In this document: positions 36,360-45,684 of the stretch, piece by piece | Numbering within the stretch: the stretch's first letter is position 1 | Layout of the letters: every line of letters begins with the position of its first letter | NCBI GenBank assembly: GCA_004347685.1 | Contig: SLTJ01000024.1 | Span: forward strand, 40,622 to 104,621 | Direction of reading: 5' to 3' | DNA: 64,000 nt | Source: Clostridia bacterium | GTDB taxonomy: Bacteria > Bacillota > DSM-521 > Neomoorellales > SLTJ01 | Notes under the pieces: model-generated | Seen by the model: only the letters and a program-made list of their open reading frames with translations | Databases searched by the model: none | Told to the model about the DNA's origin: nothing | Made by a program: the position numbers and the translations under genes

Positions 36360-37127
36360 TCACCCCTTCCGGTAAAACCAGGAAGCAATTTTCTCGTAAC
36401 CAAACTGGCGATACTGCAGGATACTCTCGGTGGCGCCCACGAAAAGAACGCCTCCGGGCCGCAGAGCCTGGTGGAACTTACGGTAAAGGTTTTCTTGCGT
36501 CTCCCGGGTGAAGTAAATGGTTACGTTCCGGCAGACGATGAGGTCGTATCCCTGCCCGAAAGTGTCCAGCAGCAGGTCGTGGTGGCGAAAGACCAGGTTT
36601 TGCTTTAGAATCGGCTTCACCGCATAGAAGCCGTCACTGGGGATAAAGTATTTTTGCCGGTAAGCCTGGCTGAGGTTGCGGAGTAAAGTCTCGGGATACT
36701 TTCCGTCACGGGCTACGGCCAGTACCTGATCGTCAATGTCCGTGGCTTCCAGCAAGTACCCCCCCCGGGGGGCAAGCTCATACAGCAGAATGGCCAGAGA
36801 GTATGGTTCGACGCCGTTGGCGCAGCCTGCACTCCACACCTTAAGCCGCGTGCCGGTTCCGGCCAGCTCCGGCAAAATCTCCTTGGCCAGGTAAGCAAAG
36901 GCTTCAGGGTTGCGAAAGAACTCGGAGACATTGATGGTTATGCGGTCCAGGAATTTCTTTTTCTGCTCGGCATCGCTGGTAATGAGGCGATAATAAGTCT
37001 GATAGTCAGCCACCCCCAGGGAACGCATCAGCCCTTCAATGCGCCGTTTAAGTTGTGTTTCTTTGTAACCCTCCAGGTTAAGGCCAAAAGAGGCGGAAAC
37101 TCGCTTGATGAATTCCTCGAACTCCAT
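36360..37127 (-). CDS. cheR: Chemotaxis protein methyltransferase CheR
   Basis: MEFEEFIKRV..TINVSEFFRNPE..VWSAGCANGVEPYS. Start at ATG 37127. Confidence 0.9.
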   Translation of the reverse strand: MEFEEFIKRVSASFGLNLEGYKETQLKRRIEGLMRSLGVADYQTYYRLITSDAEQKKKFLDRITINVSEFFRNPEAFAYLAKEILPELAGTGTRLKVWSAGCANGVEPYSLAILLYELAPRGGYLLEATDIDDQVLAVARDGKYPETLLRNLSQAYRQKYFIPSDGFYAVKPILKQNLVFRHHDLLLDTFGQGYDLIVCRNVTIYFTRETQENLYRKFHQALRPGGVLFVGATESILQYRQFGYEKIASWFYRKG

Positions 37128-37143
37128 GGCTCCCCCATAAACT

Positions 37144-37644
37144 TTAGAGATAAATGAGCGGATGCCCCAGGGTACGAATGGTGACCTGTCCCGTGGCCAC
37201 ATCCAGAATCATAGTTCGGCCCAGGTTGCCCCCCGTGTGTTCGGCCAGCAACTTTATCTTTAGGCGTTCCAGGGCCTGTTTGGTAGCTTCCACATTCCGC
37301 TGGCCGATATTCAGCATGCCGTTCTTACCGGTAAAGTTAAACATCTGCGCCCCACCAGCAATTTTAGCTACTATCGCGCCGGCCCGGGCCCCTGTCTTGA
37401 CCATTTCCTGGAACGTGAGCGGTATGGCCGTATCCGCGAACTTCCCTGGATTGTTCCTGTCCGGGAAGTTCGCGCTTTCGGGCAACATGATGTGGGCCAA
37501 CCCACCTGTTCGCGTCCCAGCTTCCCACAGGGCAATCCCCACACATGATCCGAGCCCCAGGGTAACTATCCGGGTGTTGCCCCTGGCAACCCACCACTGA
37601 GCGATGCCGACCTTTATTTCAGTGCCTTCAAGGAGCGCTGCCAT
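37144..37644 (-). CDS. cheD: Chemoreceptor glutamine deamidase CheD
   Basis: LGLGSCVGIAL..GLAHIMLP..KIAGGAQMF. Confidence 0.9.
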   Translation of the reverse strand: MAALLEGTEIKVGIAQWWVARGNTRIVTLGLGSCVGIALWEAGTRTGGLAHIMLPESANFPDRNNPGKFADTAIPLTFQEMVKTGARAGAIVAKIAGGAQMFNFTGKNGMLNIGQRNVEATKQALERLKIKLLAEHTGGNLGRTMILDVATGQVTIRTLGHPLIYL

Positions 37645-37659
37645 ATTTGCCCCCTGTGG

Positions 37660-38436
37660 CTATCGCCAGATATTGTTGGCCAGACCCCACATTTCGTCGC
37701 TGATGCTTACAGATCTGGCGGCGATTTGATAAGCTCTGGACATGATAATTACTCTGGCCATCTCCATACCCAGGTCCACATTGCTCGCTTCCACGAACCC
37801 GGCTCGGATTATCCCGGCCCCTTCAGTACCGGGGTCCGCGGTCTTGGCCTGAATGACCCCGCCGGCCAGGCGGAAAAAATTGTGGCCTGCCGGCTGCAGG
37901 TAATCAGGATTAGTTACTTGATACAATTGGATCTGGCCGAGAACGGTTTCCTTCCCGTCGGGCATGATGGCTTTCACCTGCCCGGTCGGCGTTACCTTGA
38001 CGCTGGCGGCGTCAGCCGGGATTTTTACGGCCGGGTACAGGGGATACCCGCTTACCGCATGTACAATTGTCCCGCCTGGCCCAGGCTGAAAACTGCCGTC
38101 CCGGGTAAGGATCAATTCCCCTGACGGTAATTCTAACGCAAAAAAGCCGCTGCCGGCAATAGCCAGATCCAGGTCTCTGCCGGTTAGAATCAGGTTTCCG
38201 GAGCCGAAATCTACGTAATCCATGGTGGCGGCCGTTCCCTGTCCGATTCGTGGCGGATCCTCCGGCCGCACCGGCAAATCCGCCTGGCGCAGTTCTTGGT
38301 TTACCAGTTCGGCAAACACCACCTGGCGGCCCTTGAACCCGTGGGTATTAACGTTGGCCACATTATTGGCCAGAACTCCAAGACCGTGGGCCGCAGCCGT
38401 CAGGCCGCTGGCCCCGGTTTGGATAGCTCTTAACAT
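37660..38436 (-). CDS. flgG: Flagellar basal-body rod protein (FlgG/FlhP-like)
   Basis: N-terminus ANNVANVNTHGFK and C-terminus EASNVDLGMEMARVIIMSRAYQ. Confidence 0.85.
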   Translation of the reverse strand: MLRAIQTGASGLTAAAHGLGVLANNVANVNTHGFKGRQVVFAELVNQELRQADLPVRPEDPPRIGQGTAATMDYVDFGSGNLILTGRDLDLAIAGSGFFALELPSGELILTRDGSFQPGPGGTIVHAVSGYPLYPAVKIPADAASVKVTPTGQVKAIMPDGKETVLGQIQLYQVTNPDYLQPAGHNFFRLAGGVIQAKTADPGTEGAGIIRAGFVEASNVDLGMEMARVIIMSRAYQIAARSVSISDEMWGLANNIWR

Positions 38437-38451
38437 CTTTCTCCCCCCTAT

Positions 38452-39195
38452 CTAGCGTAAGCGTCCGACCTGGTTCACGGCCCGGTCCAGCAACTGATTA
38501 TGCGCCAGCAAGACTCTTTGCCCGGCTTCATATATCCGCAGGGCGGTCATGGCGTCAGCTACCTCAGTCGCCAGATCAATGTTGGATTGTTCCAGATATC
38601 CCTGCATAACCCGGGCATTGGTCACCGTTGTCCCTGATTCGCCCGGCGGCGGGAGGAAAAGGTTTTGCCCCACCTTGGTCATGGCGGCCGAGTTAGTAAA
38701 GCCGGTGAGGCGCAACCTGTCCACGATCTGCCCGCCGCTGATTACCCGGCCGTCACTGGTAATGGTTATCTCATTGGAATTCAGGGTGAGTGGCCCGGAC
38801 TCGCCCAGGACCTGGTACCCCTGGGGGGATATCAGGTGGCCTTGCGCGTTTACCAGGAAGGAGCCGGATCGGGTATATTGAAGGCCCTCGGGAGTCTGCA
38901 ATGTGAAGAAGCCGGGCCCGTCCAGGGCCAGATCAAGCTGCCTGCCAGTTTCCATCGGGGCTCCCTGGGAATAGTCCACCACCACCCCGCCTACCCGCTG
39001 GCCCCAGGAAGCGCCGCCCAGCGGGACAGGATTTCTTTCCAGGCGGGACAGCAAAACTTCGGGGAAGCTTTGAAAGGCGACGACATCCCGCTTATAACCG
39101 TCAGTAGTAAGGTTTGCCAGGTTATTGCTTATCGTTTCCTGGGCGATCTGCTGGGATACCATGCCTGTGGAAGTTATGTACAGGCCGGTAAACAT
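38452..39195 (-). CDS. flgF: Flagellar basal-body rod protein (FlgF/FlhO-like)
   Basis: SNNLANLTTDGYKRD and LEQSNIDLATEVADAMTALRIYEA. Confidence 0.8.
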   Translation of the reverse strand: MFTGLYITSTGMVSQQIAQETISNNLANLTTDGYKRDVVAFQSFPEVLLSRLERNPVPLGGASWGQRVGGVVVDYSQGAPMETGRQLDLALDGPGFFTLQTPEGLQYTRSGSFLVNAQGHLISPQGYQVLGESGPLTLNSNEITITSDGRVISGGQIVDRLRLTGFTNSAAMTKVGQNLFLPPPGESGTTVTNARVMQGYLEQSNIDLATEVADAMTALRIYEAGQRVLLAHNQLLDRAVNQVGRLR

Positions 39196-39237
39196 TACAT
39201 CATCACTTCCTTTCGTATCATAGGCTACCAGCTTGAC

Positions 39238-39693
39238 CTACTGGCCAGGCTCCTGGCCGGACAGGATTCGTATCAGCTTCTCAGGGCTGACCGGCGCTTC
39301 CACCTGATACTCTCCGGCAATCAGCCGGCGACTGAGATCCTTCTCCTGGGCCAGCCTTTCAAAGGCGCCGGCGTCGGCAACCACACCCTGCGCCTGGAGC
39401 ATCTGGGCGATCTGGTGCAGGTTGGCGCCCTGGGGCACTATCACTGTGGCCGCCCGGGGAGGAGAAGGCGGCCCTGGTCCCGGCCCCTCACCTGCACTCT
39501 TTGTGGCCTGGCCGGCAGAACCGGCGTCTGCACTTGCCCGGGCCTCGGTATCGGCAGGCGCCGTGGCCGTGGGCCCGCCTGCCCCCAGTTCTTCCTGGCC
39601 GGGCCGGACTTGGCCTGCCGGCGGCGTCTGGCTCGAGGTTGAAGGCGGCCCTTCCTGATTGCCGTAGATAACCACCTCGTCCCGGTACACCAT
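39238..39693 (-). CDS. Hypothetical protein with a YceG/MltG N-terminal-like domain and a Pro/Gly-rich linker
   Basis: The C-terminus VIVPQGANLHQIAQMLQAQGVVADAGAFERLA..IAGEYQV resembles the MltG N-terminal domain. An in-frame hydrophobic helix (WLAAVTAGAGIGLILAGLLLLVF, about 39819..39750) lies upstream with no ATG/GTG/TTG, so the true start is unresolved. Confidence 0.45.
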   Translation of the reverse strand: MVYRDEVVIYGNQEGPPSTSSQTPPAGQVRPGQEELGAGGPTATAPADTEARASADAGSAGQATKSAGEGPGPGPPSPPRAATVIVPQGANLHQIAQMLQAQGVVADAGAFERLAQEKDLSRRLIAGEYQVEAPVSPEKLIRILSGQEPGQ

Positions 39694-39812
39694 TCCCCTT
39701 TCCCTGGCCAGTAGCTCAATTTCGGCCGGGGATGGCTGCCGGGGCGGAGCAAAAACCAGGAGTAACAGGCCGGCCAGGATGAGGCCTATCCCGGCCCCGG
39801 CGGTTACGGCGG

Positions 39813-40199
39813 CTAGCCACGGTTTTGCTTGAAGTGGCGCAGGTTGAGGATTAACTCTACTTCCCCCTTTCCCCGCTGGAATTCCCGGGCTATCTCGGTA
39901 ATGGTTTTGCCGCTTTCAAAGGCTTGGCAGATAGCACTAAGTTGATCCTTCTCGGCTGTCATCAGCGCCTGGGCAAAGGAGATATGGACATCCGACTTTG
40001 CTTCGCCCTGAACCGGGCTGAGGGCCTCAAGCCTGTGCTCAAGCGAGGCGACCATGGCCTTTATTTCGTCCCGCAGCGCAGTGATTTCCTCCCCATCGCT
40101 AACCGTGGGCTGGGCCGGGGTGGTCCAGGCAAACCTGGCCATCCCCCTCAGGCCGGCCAACAGCAGAACGGCACCCATAACAATAAAGAGAAAGGCCAC
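39813..40199 (-). CDS. Small membrane-anchored hypothetical protein downstream of sigD
   Basis: GTG at 40199 after GGGGGGG. N-terminal TM helix VAFLFIVMGAVLLLAGL and a C-terminal HTH-like segment GKTITEIAREFQRGKGEVELIL. Confidence 0.5.
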   Translation of the reverse strand: MAFLFIVMGAVLLLAGLRGMARFAWTTPAQPTVSDGEEITALRDEIKAMVASLEHRLEALSPVQGEAKSDVHISFAQALMTAEKDQLSAICQAFESGKTITEIAREFQRGKGEVELILNLRHFKQNRG

Positions 40200-40216
40200 T
40201 TCAGTCCCCCCCCATC

Positions 40217-40954
40217 TCAGGCCCAGCCCCGGCTGGCCATGGCCGCCCGCAGGCGAATTACGGCCCGCCCGCGCAACTGGCATACCCTGGATTCGCTGAC
40301 CCCCAAGATCTGGCCAATTTCCTTCAACGTAAGCTTTTCAAAGTAGTAAAGGGTGAGTACCAGCCGGTCCTGCTCCTCCATCGAGGCCAGGGCCCGGGCC
40401 AGGCTCCGGCGTAATTCCTGCTCTTCAAGGATCGTTACCGGATCAGGGCTTTCCGGGTCGGCGACATTCTCACCCAAGCGATGGACATCATCAGCGAGAA
40501 ACTCCTCCAGGGACACCAGGGACACCTGGTGCGCCTGTTCATAGACGCGATTGAGTTCATCCGCGGATATGCCCAGGGCCGATGCCAGTTGCGCATCCGT
40601 GACCATCCCTCCCTGGCCCTGCTCCAGGCGCGCTTGAGCTGCGGCTACCTGGCGTAGACGCTGGACCAGACTGCGCGGGGCCCACCCGGCGGCGCGCAGG
40701 GCGTCCAGCATGGCCCCCCTGATCCGGGTGGAAGCAAAGGTTTCAAATTTTACTCCCCGCCGCCAGTCGTACCTGTCCACCGCCTCGATAAGCCCTAGAA
40801 CCCCGGCCGCAACCAGGTCCTCAAAATCCATTACCGGGGGCAGCCGTGTGCCCATGCGGCCGGCTATGTATCTGACCAGGGGAAGGTTCTTGAGAATCAG
40901 TTCTTCCCTGGCGGCTAGATCCGGATTGCTGCTTGGCGATAAGGGCCGGCTCAT
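40217..40954 (-). CDS. fliA: Flagellar sigma factor FliA/SigD (sigma-28)
   Basis: Region 2 (LPLVRYIAGRM.., FETFASTRIRGAM) and region 4 (LTLKEIGQILGVSESRVCQL). Confidence 0.9.
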   Translation of the reverse strand: MSRPLSPSSNPDLAAREELILKNLPLVRYIAGRMGTRLPPVMDFEDLVAAGVLGLIEAVDRYDWRRGVKFETFASTRIRGAMLDALRAAGWAPRSLVQRLRQVAAAQARLEQGQGGMVTDAQLASALGISADELNRVYEQAHQVSLVSLEEFLADDVHRLGENVADPESPDPVTILEEQELRRSLARALASMEEQDRLVLTLYYFEKLTLKEIGQILGVSESRVCQLRGRAVIRLRAAMASRGWA

Positions 40955-41625
40955 GTCAATCCCTTCTGACGATCTTCCACCATTTTGCGGAAGACGAAAT
41001 TGATGACGGCTTCCTGGTCGTGGACTGAGATATCTTCAAAGGCCATGCCGGTAAAATACCGGGGCGGCCCGGCCTCGGCCCTGGGAACAGAGCGCTTTAC
41101 CCGGGCGGTGGCCCGGATGGCCTTTTTCGGCGGTAGCTCAAACTGCACCAGAAGCAAGGTGTCTATCGCTAGCTGCTCCTTCGTCAGCAACTGCATGCCG
41201 CCGCCGCTGAGGTCAATGGTAGGGGCTTTTTTATGTAGTTTCACCAGGTGGAGCACGTCCTTATCTTTATCCGTAATGACCTCATACCCCACGTCCACGG
41301 CCACCCGCCAGCGCACGTATTCCCGCAGGTTCAGGCGCTCGGCCTGTGAGGGGATAGCCAGGCGGTAAAGGGGGATGCCCTGGGGGTCAGTGGTTCTCCC
41401 GAGCACCGGCGCGGTAAAGTGGTAGCGCATGCCTTCGGCGTAGAGGTCGGTCTCAACTTCATCTCCCGGGTGCAGGCGCATCTCTATTCCCCGAATGGTG
41501 GGCACCTGGACGGTAAACCAGTTTTCGCCGACATCCTGTACCAGGCTGTGATAAACTTGGGGATCGCTCTGGTGCTTGAGGGCTACCCGCTGGTTCACAG
41601 TGATGACCCTGGGCCATGATGGCAA
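40951..41625 (-). CDS. PilZ-domain flagellar brake protein (YcgR-like)
   Basis: RxxxR (LREYVRWR) and DxSxxG (DLSGGGMQL) c-di-GMP-binding motifs, with a PilZN-like N-terminus. Confidence 0.75.
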   Translation of the reverse strand: MPSWPRVITVNQRVALKHQSDPQVYHSLVQDVGENWFTVQVPTIRGIEMRLHPGDEVETDLYAEGMRYHFTAPVLGRTTDPQGIPLYRLAIPSQAERLNLREYVRWRVAVDVGYEVITDKDKDVLHLVKLHKKAPTIDLSGGGMQLLTKEQLAIDTLLLVQFELPPKKAIRATARVKRSVPRAEAGPPRYFTGMAFEDISVHDQEAVINFVFRKMVEDRQKGLT

Positions 41626-41675
41626 TATCCTACCCCCCTATCCGGCGTTGAAAAACTTCGCCTGGCTTTGCCGGG

Positions 41676-42560
41676 TCAGCCATCCCAGAATTTAAACAAC
41701 CGCTGTAAAAAGCTCCCCCCGCCACGCGACCTGGCTGTGGTCGTCCGTGTCTCGCCGACTAGCCGCAGGGCAATTTGCTGCAGGTTCCCGGCGGCATGGC
41801 AGGAAGGGTATTCCAGGACAAACGGTTTCTGGTTACAAACCGCCTGGTGAACCCGGGCGTCTTCCTGGACAAATCCAAGGAATTCAGGTTGCAGGGCCAG
41901 GAAGCGGCGCGCCACCAGGTTTATTTTTTCAGCCGTGCGCCTGGCTTCGGCTTCACCGGATACCCGGTTTACCACCAGACGTATGACCTTGCGGCTTTCT
42001 TGCTGTAAAAGCACCTTGATTAAACCATAAGCGTCGGTAATGGAGGTCGGTTCTGGCGTAAGGACGACAATGACTTCGTCTGCCGCCAGCAGGAAGCCCA
42101 GGACGTTGTTGGAGATACCGGCCCCGGTATCCACCAGCATGATGTCGGCCCGGAGGTCAGCCCCGGAAATATCGCTCACGAGGCGTTCCCGCTGAACACT
42201 GCTGAGATTGGCCAGTTCCTGGATGCCCGAACCGCCGGGGATGATGCGCAGTCCCAGCGGCCCGACCACGACGATTTCCTCCAGCGTCTTCTGGCCGGTA
42301 ACCACCTCATACAGGGTGTAGCGCGGTACCAGGCCCAGGAGAACATCAACATTGGCCAGGCCCAGGTCGGCGTCAAAAACTATCACTTGTTTACCCATTC
42401 TGGTCAGGGCCAGGGCCAGGTTTAGTACCATGTTGGTCTTGCCTACCCCGCCCTTACCGCTGGCCACTGCCAAGGTACGCGGCCAGGGCCGGTTCTCTCT
42501 CTCACCTGGCCGGATATTCTTCTGTACCAGCTCCCGCAGACGAAAGGCCTGATCCTTCAT
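41676..42560 (-). CDS. flhG: MinD-like ATPase FlhG/YlxH
   Basis: Deviant Walker A ASGKGGVGKTN and DADLGLANVD. Confidence 0.85.
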   Translation of the reverse strand: MKDQAFRLRELVQKNIRPGERENRPWPRTLAVASGKGGVGKTNMVLNLALALTRMGKQVIVFDADLGLANVDVLLGLVPRYTLYEVVTGQKTLEEIVVVGPLGLRIIPGGSGIQELANLSSVQRERLVSDISGADLRADIMLVDTGAGISNNVLGFLLAADEVIVVLTPEPTSITDAYGLIKVLLQQESRKVIRLVVNRVSGEAEARRTAEKINLVARRFLALQPEFLGFVQEDARVHQAVCNQKPFVLEYPSCHAAGNLQQIALRLVGETRTTTARSRGGGSFLQRLFKFWDG

Positions 42561-43618
42561 GGCTGTCCTGCCTCCACTATCAGCCGGGCCAGTTCCCTGG
42601 GGCTGGCCACCAGAAGATCGTCAGGGACGTTCTGTCCGTTACTTAGATAGGCTACGGGCAGCCCGGTGGCCCGGACGACGTTTAAAATAGGGCCCAGAGA
42701 AGTGGTTTCGTCCAGTTTGGTAAAGATCAGCTTATTAACATTGAATTCCTGGTAGCTCTCAGCGATCCGCAGCAAATCGCGATTTTTTGTGGTACAGCTT
42801 AACACCAGAAAAGTTTCACCGGGTTGGGCCGAGGCCAGATAGCTCAAGAGTTCCTGGCGATAGATAGGGTTGCGCGGGGAGCGCCCTGCCGTATCTATCA
42901 ACACAGCGTCCCGGTCACGGTGGCGATCCACAGCCTGGCGCAATTCCCTGGGGGTCATTACTACTTCCACCGGCACGCCGAGGATTTCGGCGTATGTTTT
43001 TAACTGCTCTGTCGCCCCGATGCGGTAGGTGTCAGTAGTAACCAGGGCCACCTTCTTCTTTTCCCCCAGCAGCATGTGCGCGGCTACCTTGGCCAGGGTG
43101 GTGGTCTTGCCAACGCCGGTTGGACCCAGGAAAGTGGCTACCTGGCTGCTTAACTGGCAGCCCCCCTCAGGAAAGCCCAGTATGTCCGCCAATTCATAAA
43201 CTACGGCCTGCGGCGCGATTTCTTGTTCCAGGCCGGTATGGCTGGCCACCTTCTGCAGAACTTCGTCAATTATCTCCTGGTTCACTTCCAACTGCTCCAG
43301 GATATTCTTCCATTTGGCCACGGTGGCCGGCAGCCCTTGGTCGCTTTCGCCGAGGAGCTTGGTGCTGATAATATTCTTCAACTGGAGGAGTTCTTCCTGC
43401 AGCTTCTGGTATTCCCTGGACGGCTCGCCACCTGCGCTGGCCGGAAGCGGGGTATCCACAGCCGCAGTCACTTCAAGTTTCTTCGGCAACAGCCATCCCA
43501 AAGGAGAATTTTGGCGCACGCGACGGCTGGAGACTATCATCGCGTCCGGGCCCAGGTCACGCCGGATAGCCTCTATTGCTTCAGGCATGGCACTTACCAG
43601 ATAGCGTTTGACCCTCAA
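42557..43618 (-). CDS. flhF: SRP-type GTPase FlhF
   Basis: GPTGVGKTTTLAKVAA, TDTYRIGA, DTAGRS. Confidence 0.9.
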   Translation of the reverse strand: MRVKRYLVSAMPEAIEAIRRDLGPDAMIVSSRRVRQNSPLGWLLPKKLEVTAAVDTPLPASAGGEPSREYQKLQEELLQLKNIISTKLLGESDQGLPATVAKWKNILEQLEVNQEIIDEVLQKVASHTGLEQEIAPQAVVYELADILGFPEGGCQLSSQVATFLGPTGVGKTTTLAKVAAHMLLGEKKKVALVTTDTYRIGATEQLKTYAEILGVPVEVVMTPRELRQAVDRHRDRDAVLIDTAGRSPRNPIYRQELLSYLASAQPGETFLVLSCTTKNRDLLRIAESYQEFNVNKLIFTKLDETTSLGPILNVVRATGLPVAYLSNGQNVPDDLLVASPRELARLIVEAGQP

Positions 43619-45672
43619 TCCAACACCACCGTCCCTACGGATTTGACCTCCAGCTCCGGGATAAGTTCCTGGTACGAAATTATGGCCACGTTCGGCAGGA
43701 GCCGATCGAGCAGCCGGCGCAGAGCCGCCCGGACCCGGCCGGAACAGAGGATAACCGGCGGCCTTCCCCGTTGCATAAGCTCCTGTACCAGGTTGCCGAG
43801 GCGGCTCACCAGCTTTTCGCTCACCTCAGGGGCCAGGATGGGCATGAGGCCTTGCGAGGTGGGCTGGGAAACGTCGGCCAGGACTTGTTCCAGCCTTGGG
43901 TGCAGGGTGATCACGAGTAACTGCCCGTCTTCGGCATAGAGCCGGGAGATGGTACGAGCCAGGGCCTGGCGCACGGACTCGGTCAGGGCGTCCAGGTCCC
44001 GGGTTTGCCTGGCTGTATCGGATAGGGTTTCCAGGATAGTCACTAGATCCCGGATGGGCACCTGTTCCCGCAACAGGTTTTGCAATACTCTCTGGACCTC
44101 GCCCAGAGAAAGGACCTCTGGAATGAGGTCTTCCACCACCGCCGGGTTACTCTGTTTGATCACCTCCAACAGCTCTTTTACTTCCTGCCGGCCCAGCAGC
44201 TCATGGGCATGCTGCTTGAAGAATTCACTGAGATGCGTGATGAGAACCGTACCGGCATCTACTACCGTGCAGCCCGCGGCTTCAGCTTCCTCCTTTTTGG
44301 CGGCCGGTATCCACCAGGCCGGTAGGCCGAAAGTCGGCTCACGTGTCTCTCTGCCACCTATGGCCACCTGCTCCCCGGCCGGGTGCATGGCCAGAAACTG
44401 CCCCGGGTAGATCTCACCCCGGGCCGCCTCTACGCCCCGCACCTTAAACACATACTCATTGGCCCCCAGCCGGAGGTTGTCACGTATTCTGATCGGGCGG
44501 ACGTAGAGCCCGAGATCGGTAGCCGCCTGACGCCGGATGGCAGCCAGGCGGTCCAAAAGGTCGCCACCGCCAGCTTCGTCGGCCAGGGATACCAGGCCGT
44601 AGCCGAGTTCCACTTCCACCGGGTCAAACTGAAAAACGCTCAGGACATCCTCTGGCTGGCGTCGTCTGGCCACCACCTGTTCCTCCTCCTGTTTCTTCTT
44701 GCTCTTCTCCTCGGTCGTGAGCAGGTACGCGGTATAGGCCACCGCCAGCGCCAGGATAAAGAAAGGCAGTTTGGGCATGCCCGGAATCAGCCCTAGGGCC
44801 ACCAGGATGGCGGCAACCAGGGCCACTACCCGCGGGTAAGAAAAGATCTGTTGTGACAACTGCTGGCCGAAATTGCTCTGGGCCCCGGAACGGGTAATGA
44901 GGATACCGGTGGCGGTGGATACGAGCAGGGCTGGAATCTGGCTGACCAGGCCGTCTCCCACGGTCAGGATGGTATAAGTTGTCAGGGCCTCCATCAGCGG
45001 CATGCCCATCTGCCAGGCACCAATGACCAGCCCGCCGACGATGTTCACCGCGGTGATAATCAGACCGGCAATCGCATCTCCCCGGACAAACTTGCTGGCG
45101 CCGTCCATGGCTCCGTAGAAATCGGCCTCCTGCGAGAGTCCGGCCCGCCGCTGCCTGGCCTCGGTCTCGTCAATCAATCCTGCGTTTAGGTCGGCGTCAA
45201 TGCTCATCTGCTTTCCTGGCATGGCGTCCAGGGTAAAGCGGGCCGTCACTTCAGCCACCCGCCCGGCACCGTTGGTAATTACTACGAACTGGATAATAGT
45301 GATGATAGCGAAAATGATAATGCCAACCACGTAGTTACCCCGGACCACGAACTCGCCGAAGGTCTGGATGACCTGCCCGGCCGCGGCCTGGCTCAAGATC
45401 AGCCGGGTAGAAGATATATTAAGCGCCAGGCGGAACAAGGTTACCACCAGCAGCAGGGTGGGAAAGACCGAGAAATCCAGGGGCCGGGTAACAAAAAGAG
45501 TCGTGAGGAGAATCATCAGGCTGATGCTCAGGCTGAAGGTCAGCAAAATGTCCATCAGCCCAGGCGAAACCGGGACCACGATCAGGAGGACGATGGCCAC
45601 CACCAGTGCCCCGGTAATCATATCCCGATAAGGTACCAGTTTTCGTGCTTGGTCGGCTAAAGGCGCAGCCAA
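43615..45672 (-). CDS. flhA: Flagellar export apparatus protein FlhA
   Basis: 685 aa. FHIPEP-region motifs (VITNGAGRVAEVTARFTLDAMPGKQMSIDADL). Confidence 0.95.
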   Translation of the reverse strand: MAAPLADQARKLVPYRDMITGALVVAIVLLIVVPVSPGLMDILLTFSLSISLMILLTTLFVTRPLDFSVFPTLLLVVTLFRLALNISSTRLILSQAAAGQVIQTFGEFVVRGNYVVGIIIFAIITIIQFVVITNGAGRVAEVTARFTLDAMPGKQMSIDADLNAGLIDETEARQRRAGLSQEADFYGAMDGASKFVRGDAIAGLIITAVNIVGGLVIGAWQMGMPLMEALTTYTILTVGDGLVSQIPALLVSTATGILITRSGAQSNFGQQLSQQIFSYPRVVALVAAILVALGLIPGMPKLPFFILALAVAYTAYLLTTEEKSKKKQEEEQVVARRRQPEDVLSVFQFDPVEVELGYGLVSLADEAGGGDLLDRLAAIRRQAATDLGLYVRPIRIRDNLRLGANEYVFKVRGVEAARGEIYPGQFLAMHPAGEQVAIGGRETREPTFGLPAWWIPAAKKEEAEAAGCTVVDAGTVLITHLSEFFKQHAHELLGRQEVKELLEVIKQSNPAVVEDLIPEVLSLGEVQRVLQNLLREQVPIRDLVTILETLSDTARQTRDLDALTESVRQALARTISRLYAEDGQLLVITLHPRLEQVLADVSQPTSQGLMPILAPEVSEKLVSRLGNLVQELMQRGRPPVILCSGRVRAALRRLLDRLLPNVAIISYQELIPELEVKSVGTVVLD

Positions 45673-45684
45673 AATATCCCCCTC

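Noticed and set aside
36351-36362. cheR TGA read as selenocysteine or read-through, giving a CheR-CheC fusion
   Set aside because: CheR and CheC are separate proteins in every system I know. I saw no SECIS-like hairpin directly after this TGA, and a Shine-Dalgarno-like GGGGTGAGG precedes a CTG. Non-canonical initiation is the simpler explanation.
37303-37310. GCCGATAT on the plus strand, and GCCGATAA on the minus strand at 62421..62428, as SigD promoters
   Set aside because: Both are inside coding sequence (cheD and flgB). Neither has a TAAA -35 element at the right spacing, and the first has no plus-strand gene downstream.
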